From IMG/VR virus record IMGVR_UViG_3300011436_000001, positions 1 to 61,111 of that record: a stretch of 61,111 nucleotides of DNA, one strand, 5' to 3'. Both the position numbers and the translations under genes were made by a program. This DNA comes from a virus (taxonomy: Duplodnaviria; Caudoviricetes). Below the pieces are notes generated by a model, which searched no databases, was not told the origin of the DNA, and saw nothing but the letters and a program-made list of their open reading frames with translations. Every line of letters begins with the position of its first letter. Within the stretch, counting starts at the first letter, position 1. Below, one piece after another: positions 37,914 through 46,070 of this stretch.

Positions 37914-37999
37914 GACTGAACTCCATCGGAGTTGGGTCACGGCCCTATGCCATGACCTACCTTGTCATGGCCTGTTCCTTCAGCATGTTTGTGTACTCC

Positions 38000-38206
38000 C
38001 TACTTTGCAGTCAGGTGGGCATCACCGCCAACCAATGGCCCATGAAACTCCATAATCAGGTTGTCGTCAATCTTCAATCGGATCGACTTGTGGTAAAACC
38101 CGCCCTCGGATCGATGACTGGTTTCCTTGAAAGCGCGCATTTGCTCTTCCAAAGTTTTGTACGCTTCATAGGACAGATGGATATATTGAACCGTCACGAT
38201 ACACAC
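38000..38206 (-). CDS. Hypothetical protein
   Basis: 68-aa ORF immediately after the tRNA. Confidence 0.5.
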   Translation of the reverse strand: MCIVTVQYIHLSYEAYKTLEEQMRAFKETSHRSEGGFYHKSIRLKIDDNLIMEFHGPLVGGDAHLTAK

Positions 38207-38215
38207 CTTTCGATT

Positions 38216-38290
38216 TGGAAGAGCGGATGGGGGTCGAACCCACAGTCCCCGGATTTGCAGTCCGGTGCCTCACCATCTGGCTCCCGCTCC
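38216..38290 (-). tRNA. tRNA-Cys(GCA)
   Basis: GGAGCGG/CCGCUCU acceptor, U73, CCGGA-CUGCAAA-UCCGG anticodon arm, GUUCGA T loop, encoded CCA; atypical G8. Confidence 0.88.
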
Positions 38291-39409
38291 ATTAAGCGAT
38301 CAGAAAAATGACTTATGCAGCAGCGCCGCGCAAGTCCCAAGCTCGCGTTTCCAGCGCTGCATCTTTGTCACCGCGCCGCCCTCGCCAGTCGGCGGGCCAT
38401 CTTCAATCCAACCACTGCCATCAGGCGGCGGCCCCAACCCGACGATCCGGCTATCCGAAAATTCCCGGACGCGGAACGCAGTGCAACTGGAGCCCGCGCA
38501 CTTACGCACGCTCTCAGAGGACATCGACAGGAAACAGATTTGCTCTTTCATCTCAGCTTCGGTGTGCATGATCTTTTCTCCTCACCATTCGGGCGGCTGC
38601 AATTGCTTCAGACGCTTCTCCATGCGCCGCAACGTCTTCAGGATTTCCGCCAGCAGCCGGACCGACAAGCCCGGTGCGTACGCACTACCGCGCTTTCCCG
38701 GCGGGAACGCACCATCCACATCCTTGAGAATGCGGCGGGGGTATTTCTTTTTCTTTGCGACCATCAGTCAACACTCCACTCGACTTCGAGTACATCAGGC
38801 AGATTGGCCACGCTGCCCACGCGCTTCTTGTCCCGTAGATAATGTACACCGTAGCGCTGCACGCCACAAATGCCGCCGCCCTCATTAAACATCAGCAATG
38901 ACGCATCGCCATTGCCTTGCACAGCAACGACAACCATCAAGACACCGCGCTGGTTTCTGAAAACGTCGCCAGGACGTACATCGACCACGCGCAAGCGCTC
39001 GGGCATATCCTCGACATTTAGCGACATACCGACGCCGCCCTGCAACGCATCATTGCTCCGACGATCTGCTGCCATACCGATCACCCAATTCTCGGCTTCT
39101 GGCGTTCCTTCATGGTGCGCGCGTAGTCGCAGGCTTCGCGCATCGCCTTTTCGGCACCAACTTCAGCAATGCGAAGTTCAGGCAAGTTGTGTACTTCGCC
39201 ACAGCGTTCACACTTCATCGGCACGCCTTTGAAAAACGTGCCCCGGTTGGCGTCTGTCATTCCATCACTCATCGTCGTCTTCTCCATCGTCTTCGAAGGC
39301 CACGCAATCACAGCCCGCGATCTGACACGACGTAGAGCCGGGATATTGAGGATCGTGCCCGTGTTCCTCTTCAGCATGCCCACATGTACACGCCATCACT
39401 TCCTCCATC

Positions 39410-39444
39410 AAAAGAAATCGGGGCGGGTAAAAGCACCCGCCCCC
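39410..39444 (-). terminator. Rho-independent terminator
   Basis: GGGGCGGGU-GCUUUU-ACCCGCCCC followed by GAUUUCUUUU. Confidence 0.65.
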
Positions 39445-39455
39445 ATCGATAACCG

Positions 39456-39962
39456 TTACGCTGCCGTTTTGCTACGCCGCGCTGATTTGCCCGGCTTGCC
39501 ATCCCACGGCACCTTCACGCGCGGCGTTTTCGCCACGGTGAAGTCCTGATCAAGCTTCGCTTCATCCTTCCATTGCGCGAAGCGCTGCTGAAGAATGCGA
39601 ATTTCGGTGCCGGAAAACTTGGCGGCCTCTTTGAACACCGCTTCGAAGTCCGGGTATTTGAAACCCTTCTCGCCCGTGCCTCGTAAGTACACACTGTCGG
39701 CCATCGGCACATGGTTTTCGATCTTCCGATACGGCACGTTGCGCAGGAAGCCATAGGCCAATTGCGCGATACGCTGGATCGGACGCAGGTCCTTACGCCG
39801 ATGATCGATCAGGCTGTTGTACAAACTGTATTCGACGCCGGACGCTTGATTGTGCGCCCGAAGCCAACGACCGCTCCCGATACGCTTCTGCTCTTCATGG
39901 CGGATGAATTGCGCTTCGGCAGCAAGGGATTTGATTTTGATTTTCAGATGAACGATTGACAT
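39456..39962 (-). CDS. Conserved phage protein (KIKSLA.EA..IR.EE / HRR / LAYGFLR..PY..IE family)
   Basis: Motif set that I recall from phage tRNA-cluster neighbourhoods; function unknown. Confidence 0.6.
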   Translation of the reverse strand: MSIVHLKIKIKSLAAEAQFIRHEEQKRIGSGRWLRAHNQASGVEYSLYNSLIDHRRKDLRPIQRIAQLAYGFLRNVPYRKIENHVPMADSVYLRGTGEKGFKYPDFEAVFKEAAKFSGTEIRILQQRFAQWKDEAKLDQDFTVAKTPRVKVPWDGKPGKSARRSKTAA

Positions 39963-40049
39963 AGTTGTACGCTCCATCATTTCGGGTTGGGAAAGTTTGT
40001 TTGCAGAGCTACTGCGTACAACGTCCAACGGGGGATCGCGGCATTCACG

Positions 40050-40292
40050 TCATTTTCCACCTCCATGCCAATAGGAAACTCTTTCAGAAAACGGCGTGAA
40101 GTCAATAGCGTTCTTAGCATCTGTCCAAGCAACGTAGCTGGTCAACAACGCCCAACGAATTAACGCGTTGTCGTCTAGCTCCTGATCGCGGGCAATAGCA
40201 ATCAAAGCCGTCACCGCACTAGCGCGTGCGTCCTGCCAATCGGTTTCTGGATCATCGGTTTCCTCGGCCATCGTCTTAGTAAGGTCCCGCAT
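40050..40292 (-). CDS. Small protein, EDNxL motif family
   Basis: QELDDNALIRW; start moved downstream of the tRNA-like gene. Confidence 0.55.
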   Translation of the reverse strand: MRDLTKTMAEETDDPETDWQDARASAVTALIAIARDQELDDNALIRWALLTSYVAWTDAKNAIDFTPFSERVSYWHGGGK

Positions 40293-40330
40293 CTTACGCC
40301 AAGCAGTTTTCAGGTCTTGATCTTTCGTAT

Positions 40331-40402
40331 TGGTACGCTGCCGGGGGATCGAACCCCGTGTGCTGGGATTTGAAGTTCCCGACAGGGACCGGCCCGCAGC
40401 GC
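40331..40402 (-). tRNA. Atypical tRNA-like gene with UCA (opal-reading) anticodon
   Basis: 7-bp acceptor GCGCUGC/GCAGCGU, A73-CCA, canonical T arm CGGGG-UUCGAUC-CCCCG, CUUCAAA loop, minimal D arm. Confidence 0.7.
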
Positions 40403-40735
40403 TCATGCTTTTGCAGTCTCTTCGTATTGCGTGATGAAGGTGTGGATCAAAACCTGCAACGCGCCATCCATGTCCAACAAATCATCGAGCTTGTCGTCGC
40501 GGATTTCAACGTTGCGCAATTCCTTGAAGGCGTCGGTATCGTGAATGTCGATGGTCTGCACAGCCTTGCATTTAATGATGACCTGCTCGCCGCCATAAGC
40601 CCCCACAATCTCCGAAGCGCGTTCGCGCGCGTGCGCCAGCGTCATTGGCTCCGGCCCCTCGCTAGACACATCAAGTGTACCATCCAAATTGATGTTGGCC
40701 AGCAAGTAGAAGCTGTCAGTCGGCTTTATGTCCAT
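40403..40735 (-). CDS. Hypothetical acidic protein
   Basis: 110-aa ORF. Confidence 0.55.
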   Translation of the reverse strand: MDIKPTDSFYLLANINLDGTLDVSSEGPEPMTLAHARERASEIVGAYGGEQVIIKCKAVQTIDIHDTDAFKELRNVEIRDDKLDDLLDMDGALQVLIHTFITQYEETAKA

Positions 40736-40959
40736 CGGTGCTCACCCACCCGCCTCTCAAAATCGTACCCATCCAACCGCATCTTCTGATCAAACCATGC
40801 AATGGCAGCAATGCATTTTTCCAACGTGCCATCTTCAATAACAAGAACCGGCGTCCATGATGCGCCAGCGCCGTGCGGCCTGAGAAACCGCCAGAGCCCC
40901 GCCCACTCCCATAGCGGCTTCTCAAGATAAGGCATCGGCGGTTGGGGCATGCGGACCAT
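40726..40959 (-). CDS. Small protein, EDNxL motif family
   Basis: LVIEDGTLEKCI. Confidence 0.5.
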   Translation of the reverse strand: MVRMPQPPMPYLEKPLWEWAGLWRFLRPHGAGASWTPVLVIEDGTLEKCIAAIAWFDQKMRLDGYDFERRVGEHRWT

Positions 40960-40960
40960 T

Positions 40961-40991
40961 AAAAGAAAAGGCGCAGCGTTGCCACTGCGCC
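40961..40991 (-). terminator. Rho-independent terminator after Ro60
   Basis: GGCGCAG-UGGCAACG-CUGCGCC followed by UUUUCUUUU. Confidence 0.75.
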
Positions 40992-40997
40992 CCCTTC

Positions 40998-42422
40998 TTA
41001 GTTTCGCGGCTTGTTGTACGCTTCAGACACCGCGATGTACTTCAACGCCTGTTCGCTGAAGCCGTCGATATGCGTCCACTTGCCATAGCCGATGCCGTTC
41101 TTGTAGTTGGCGACGTTGATCAGGTAATTGCGCTTGCCGAACGCATCGGCCTCGGACGGCGCACCACGCCCGCCGAAATCGCAATCCTGTTCATCGGTCA
41201 CGACGATCAGCCGATCCACATCGCTGGTGTGCGCCTTCACATAATCGCACATCTGCTTGAGGAAGATGCCGCCGCCGCCCAGCTTGTCACCAGCCCTCTT
41301 GATCTCCTCGACCAAGGCCATGCCGCCACGCGTCGAAAGCTCCTCGGTCTTGTGAATACGAGTACCATCACTGCCCGCCGTGGCAAACACGGTACAGTCT
41401 TCCGACATACCCCGACAGATCGCCGCCAGCGCCGCAGCGCCGTCCATACGATCAAGCGCGCTCTTTGCCGACAGACGCCCGCCCATCGAGCCCGACACAT
41501 CGATCACGATGACCGTGTGCCCTGGCATCTTCGGCATCTGCTTCATCGTCGCCTGCATCGCCTTGTCCAACGCATCTTCGAACATCGGCGCAGCACGCGC
41601 CGCCGTGATGAAGCGGAACGGCAGTACACGATCCGCGCCATTGAGCCGGGCCAGGATCGCTTCCTTGACCAGCTTGCGCGGCACGCCCGCCGCTTCCATG
41701 CCCGACAGATTGCGCAGCAACGCCATGTAGCCCAGCTTCTCTTCAGCCATCAGGCGTTCGAAGACCTTCCGCTTATCCTCGCCGCTCGACAGGTTGACTT
41801 CCCAAGTATCCGGGCTTTCCAGTTTGCCGTCGATGAGCTTCTGCCAAACCCTCTGCTGCGCCGTGTCCTTCGGCTTGGCGTGGCACATGAAAAGCACGTC
41901 GCGCAACTTCACAGCCGCGTCGGTGTTGTACTTGCCAAGCTGGTAGGCATCGAACTTGCAGAACGCCGCTGCCAAACCCTTCTTCATCTGCGCCGACAAC
42001 GGGCGCTTGCCGTCCTTCCAATACAGGGCGACAAACTCCGACAACTCATCGGCGCGCTGGATCGTGTCGCGGATCGCAGTGCCAACGATCTCGCCCTGGC
42101 CACGCGCCACCAGTTCCTTCAACAGCAACAGTGGGACGTGGCGCAGATTGTACGCAGACCGCGCTTCGACGGCGAGGTTGGCCAGCGTCGAAACCGGCAC
42201 AGCCTTGGAAGCTGTAGCGATACGCTTGGCGACACTTTCGCCGCCCTCGTAGAACTCGTTTTCCCAAAGCAGACACGACAGGACCGACCGGCGCAGTTGC
42301 GCCTCGGCATCCGGCGCGGACACAGCAACAGCGCCACCGTGCGTCACGTCGTAGTTTGCGCCCTGCCGACGGACCGGCGTACGCTTCACAGCCTTTTTGA
42401 TTTTCGGATTTTTGCGTGCCAT
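40998..42422 (-). CDS. rsr: Ro60 / Rsr ribonucleoprotein (TROVE + vWA domains)
   Basis: LRRSVLSCLLWE..FYE.G, IQRADEL.EF, FDAYQL.KY, TWEV.LS, ALLRNL, LPFRF..A, MIDAS DVSGS, VTDEQ and IDGFSE motifs. Confidence 0.93.
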   Translation of the reverse strand: MARKNPKIKKAVKRTPVRRQGANYDVTHGGAVAVSAPDAEAQLRRSVLSCLLWENEFYEGGESVAKRIATASKAVPVSTLANLAVEARSAYNLRHVPLLLLKELVARGQGEIVGTAIRDTIQRADELSEFVALYWKDGKRPLSAQMKKGLAAAFCKFDAYQLGKYNTDAAVKLRDVLFMCHAKPKDTAQQRVWQKLIDGKLESPDTWEVNLSSGEDKRKVFERLMAEEKLGYMALLRNLSGMEAAGVPRKLVKEAILARLNGADRVLPFRFITAARAAPMFEDALDKAMQATMKQMPKMPGHTVIVIDVSGSMGGRLSAKSALDRMDGAAALAAICRGMSEDCTVFATAGSDGTRIHKTEELSTRGGMALVEEIKRAGDKLGGGGIFLKQMCDYVKAHTSDVDRLIVVTDEQDCDFGGRGAPSEADAFGKRNYLINVANYKNGIGYGKWTHIDGFSEQALKYIAVSEAYNKPRN

Positions 42423-42448
42423 GACTTCCCTCTCTTGCTCCTGGTTCT

Positions 42449-42458
42449 ATTATACAAA
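42449..42458 (-). promoter_or_regulatory. TTGTATAAT promoter-like motif upstream of Ro60
   Basis: Same motif as at 35218, 37438, 49712 and 59212; flanked by CTGGTT/AACCAG inverted repeat. Confidence 0.55.
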
Positions 42459-42476
42459 CCAGACGGGAAGTCAGAA

Positions 42477-42610
42477 CCGGGGATCAAGCGGCAACGGCGT
42501 TCTTGACGTGCTCTACCGCTGAGCTACAGCCCCATAGTGGTGGAGCCGGTGGGATTTGAACCCACGACCACGCGCTTACAAAGCGAAGTATCCGCCACCT
42601 ACGCCACCGA
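42477..42610 (-). ncRNA. Y RNA 1 (YrlA-like) containing a circularly permuted tRNA
   Basis: Terminal Ro-binding-type stem (UCGGUGGCGUAG / UUGAUCCCCGG) enclosing anticodon arm, T arm, closed acceptor stem with CCA, then D arm; adjacent to rsr. Confidence 0.85.
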
Positions 42611-42622
42611 CAACAAACTAAC

Positions 42623-42683
42623 GTCTGGGATTGATCGAGTACGGTTTCATATTGAAGAAGTATCCGCGCTCTGCGCCACAGAC
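42623..42683 (-). ncRNA. Y RNA 2 (minimal Y-like RNA)
   Basis: GUCUGUGGCGCAG...CGGAUACUUC...CCG...UCAAUCCCAGAC, same scaffold as Y RNA 1. Confidence 0.75.
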
Positions 42684-42694
42684 TGAAATTGAAT

Positions 42695-42770
42695 GCCTGG
42701 GATCAATCGTCGGCGGGTATGCCTTTCGGCTCTTCATCCAAAGAAGTATCCGCTAACTTCCACCACAGGC
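42695..42770 (-). ncRNA. Y RNA 3 (small Y-like RNA)
   Basis: GCCUGUGGUGGAAG...CGGAUACUUC...GCCGAAAGGC...CCG...UUGAUCCCAGGC. Confidence 0.75.
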
Positions 42771-42780
42771 GAGGCGGGGT

Positions 42781-43038
42781 TTACGCCTGTTCGATGCGCA
42801 GGTCAAGAGGGTTGTGCGGCTCTTCCGGCAATTCGTTTTCGGAAGTGAAGCGGGAGACACACAGCGCGTGAACGGCCAGCGCGTTCGGCATCATCAACAT
42901 CCACATCGACAACTGGTTGTCCTCAAGATCGAAGGTCAGCAGATTTTCGAGGAAGTCATGCCACAGCCGCAGCACATCTGGAATTTCAACGATGGGGTTA
43001 TGCGTCAGCGGCACGTTGTACACCGCACCCTGATCCAC
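42781..43038 (-). CDS. Small protein, EDNxL motif family
   Basis: FDLEDNQLSMW. Confidence 0.6.
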   Translation of the reverse strand: MDQGAVYNVPLTHNPIVEIPDVLRLWHDFLENLLTFDLEDNQLSMWMLMMPNALAVHALCVSRFTSENELPEEPHNPLDLRIEQA

Positions 43039-43140
43039 ACCGGCCCGCCCTCGCCACAGGGCGGCGGATCGTACATGCGCGCGTTGCCGAAGCCGTCACA
43101 ATCCTTGCAGCCGTTGCCGAATGCTTCGAAGTGCATAGCG

Positions 43141-43473
43141 TCACGTTTCCACTTTGGCCAGCGGGCTATCTCCCGTGCCGCGTCTTTGATTACGTCGGAC
43201 AGCCAAGTTGCTGTCGATGCCGAAGCCCGTCCGCGCTTGTCTCTTGATCTTCGCCCATGTCGCCCGCGCATTAGCTTCAGCCTTCACATATTCCGCATCT
43301 CGCATCGAATAGAAAGGATCACGCCCTTTGCCGAACGATTGGTGCACCGACCGCGCCATCGACCAAGCTACCACCGCTTCTTGCGCCCGTTCAAGCGCCA
43401 CAGTCCACCCATACAGCGGATCGCTTCTGGTGATCTCGTTGGGGTCAGTCAGCGGTTTTGTTGAGCGGGGCAT
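43141..43473 (-). CDS. Hypothetical protein
   Basis: 110-aa ORF. Confidence 0.5.
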   Translation of the reverse strand: MPRSTKPLTDPNEITRSDPLYGWTVALERAQEAVVAWSMARSVHQSFGKGRDPFYSMRDAEYVKAEANARATWAKIKRQARTGFGIDSNLAVRRNQRRGTGDSPLAKVET

Positions 43474-44061
43474 CTAGCGCTCGTAACAGGGTGTCGCCGC
43501 GATGTACATCACCTTGTCCACCTTCTGACTTGCCGTTGTACAACTGTCCTCGGATACGAAAGGGCCGATCTCCTGAAAGCGCGCACTGTTCAGCGCGATG
43601 AAGTACCACGCGAACAAGATCATGGTGTATCGCATCATCGCCCCCTATACGCCAATAACCCAGACAAGCGCGGCGGTCGCCGTCAGCCCGCGCACACCCC
43701 AGCACAGGAAGCACGGCGGAAACCAAAATTCGCGGGAAGTCATCGGCATCAGGGTCTTCCTGATCGCCACCAGCGGATTGATCCCAGCACAGGTCATAGC
43801 GCCCGCCGAAACGGCCACCAGGGAAACGAGTACAAGAGCCAGCAACTCATTCATTTTGATCTTCCTTCCCATTTCACTTTTTTGCCAACCGGCTTAGCGC
43901 GGGTCCGAAGATGCGCATCGCCTCTTCCATGATCTTCATGTTGGTAGGCTTCTTTGGCTTCGGGACCTTTGAGGCGCGGGCCTTCTTTGGTTTTCTTTTT
44001 GAACCGCCAGTCATGTCGATGCCCCCAATCATATAGGATTTGTTTCAGTCTTGGTGGGTTT

Positions 44062-44086
44062 TAATTTATCCACTGTGGATAAATTA
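44062..44086. promoter_or_regulatory. Perfect 12-bp-arm palindrome made of two inverted DnaA-box-like 9-mers
   Basis: TAATTTATCCAC-T-GTGGATAAATTA in an AT-rich intergenic gap. Confidence 0.55.
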
Positions 44087-44114
44087 GCCAAATCGCGGGT
44101 GATCCGCCGCCCCG

Positions 44115-44456
44115 TCAGGCAATCCCTTCCACATCACAGCAAGTCAGGCCCTTATCCAGCTTGTGAAACTCGTCAGCGATACGCTTGTCCAAATCCTTAG
44201 TCAAGGTAAGCGCGTAACCCGCCGGAGTGAAGCCTTCAAAAATCAGATCGTGGTAGGTCTTCAGCGTGTAGCAGCGCCCGGTCCAGGAACAATGCTGGAT
44301 CGTCATCCAGACCATGTACAAATCACCATTGCGGAAGTGGACGGCTCTGCGCACGATGCGACGAAAGCCGGTGCGCGATATCAACACATCGCCTTCCTGG
44401 ATGTTCCGCACCCACTCGGGCTGCGGTTTACGCTTGCCCTCTTTCAGCGCCATCAT
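44115..44456 (-). CDS. Hypothetical protein
   Basis: 113-aa coupled ORF (CSWTGRCYT). Confidence 0.55.
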   Translation of the reverse strand: MMALKEGKRKPQPEWVRNIQEGDVLISRTGFRRIVRRAVHFRNGDLYMVWMTIQHCSWTGRCYTLKTYHDLIFEGFTPAGYALTLTKDLDKRIADEFHKLDKGLTCCDVEGIA

Positions 44457-44896
44457 CGCTTTGTGTAGTTGCAGACGCCTTGATTGGTGCCGCCTGTTTT
44501 GGTCCGGTCGCCGCCCGGTTCATGATCGTACGCGGACATCACCATCGGCGTAGTCGGATCGCCGTTAATCGTTGGGCTGCCCAGCCAGAAATGGTGATCC
44601 GGTCCGACATCCACAAGCTCCGGCCTGATCTCGCCCTTCTCAACTTTGCGGATCATCGCGCGGGCTTCATGGAGCACCAGCGCCATTCGCAGATGATCGA
44701 TAATGTGCTGGTTCAACTCGCACGGCATGCACGCGTCGCAGTACATCGTGCGGTCGATCAACATTCGCAAAAGTTCCTGCGTCGTGGTTCCGGGCTTGTG
44801 CGGCTCCACTTCATGATCGGGGAAACGGAACATCTGCTTTGTCGGGATGCCCCGCATATCCAATGAGTACGCATGGCCCGGATCGATCACCTTCAT
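44453..44896 (-). CDS. Putative Tad1-like nucleotide-signal sponge
   Basis: MKVIDPGH.Y, GTT.QELLR.LIDR...C..N....HL..AL...E.R helical-hairpin pattern resembling Tad1. Confidence 0.5.
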   Translation of the reverse strand: MKVIDPGHAYSLDMRGIPTKQMFRFPDHEVEPHKPGTTTQELLRMLIDRTMYCDACMPCELNQHIIDHLRMALVLHEARAMIRKVEKGEIRPELVDVGPDHHFWLGSPTINGDPTTPMVMSAYDHEPGGDRTKTGGTNQGVCNYTKR

Positions 44897-46070
44897 TTTA
44901 CAGCACCCCTTTCCAAAGCCGGTCGAGCATCGCAAGCCATATCTGCTTTGGGGCAGCGTCCGCCGCGATGCGTTGCTCGCTGTCCTTGACAGCCTCTCTG
45001 TAACGCGTGGCGAACTCGACAAATTTCTTCCGGCCCTGAAACCATGCCTTGCCGTCGATCTCGCTCATACTATCGAAAATCGTTTGGGCGATCTCTTTCG
45101 CCAGATCATCGGCGTCGGCGTAGTACACAGTTTCGCGCGCCTTGAAGGCGCGGATGCGCTCGCCGATCTTGATGATAATCTCTTTGTCCATCGCTAGCCG
45201 ACGTTGCCGGTATCCTCGGGCACAACTAGCTTATTCGCCACGTCTTCGTACTTCTTGACAATTTCGGCAGCCATATTGTGCCCCTCGAAGTCCATGACCG
45301 GCAACGCCGTCTGCATCAACCGCGCTAACGTACTCACGTCCTGCGCCATCTCGCCTATGAAAGACAGCATCTCGCGGAAAATCCCAAGGTGTGCGTTGTT
45401 AAGCTCGCTCTGCATCCTCAGCGCTTTTTCAAGTTCCATCACGCTATCTCCTGTGTATCTCCTGTGTGCGCCCAATTTTGTTTGTAGTCGCAGTAGACGC
45501 AGGACCAGCCTTTCTGTGTCGGGGCCAGCGGCGTCGTGCTGTGGTTCGGACAAGTGTACGCATGTTTGCGTTCATCCCGCTGCCTGCGCATCAGCGCCTC
45601 GACCTGCCGAGCCGTCCAAGGCGCGTACGTCAGTGTGGGCGGAAAAGTATCTTCAGCCATTGGAAACCTCCTGTGTTTCCATCGCGGCCCACTCCTCGGG
45701 GTACGCAAAATCATTCGTCTGCCCGGCCCAATCCTTGCGGAACTTTGCGGCCAGCGCATAGTGATCGCCATCATCCAAATAGATGTCGCCCGGTTGCGCT
45801 TTGGATACCGCAGCGCAGATCGCCACGCGAACGCCGTTCACAGATCGAATGCGAATGGCCATCACTCTTCTCCCCGTGTACGCTTCAGCATCTCCTGCTG
45901 CAACGCTACCTGCTTTTTCAACAGCGCCACTTGGTCCTGCAAATAGCCCTTGATGCCGAACACAGCCCACGGCAGAAAAAACCACAGCACGGCATTAAGC
46001 ACCAGCACGACGACTATGATGATCGTCAGCCACTTCGGCAAATCCGCTAGTTGCTCCAGCAACCAATCCA

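Noticed and set aside
40331-40402. tRNA-Sec or genome-wide UGA recoding
   Set aside because: No long variable arm or extended acceptor; TGA is used as a normal stop in many ATGA-coupled genes and conserved genes are not interrupted by TGA
41070-42506. 478-aa plus-strand ORF, and other long plus-strand ORFs such as 9424..10395, 20483..21421 and 23699..24517
   Set aside because: Antisense shadows of well-supported minus-strand genes in GC-rich DNA; no recognisable motifs
42507-42585. Ordinary tRNA-Thr gene or permuted tmRNA
   Set aside because: The halves are in permuted order inside a Ro-binding-type stem, and it is far too short for tmRNA with no tag reading frame
42477-42770. Possible CRISPR mini-array (GAAGTATCCG recurs three times)
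   Set aside because: The identical core is only about 10 nt, spacing is irregular, there are no cas genes, and each unit folds as a Y-like RNA
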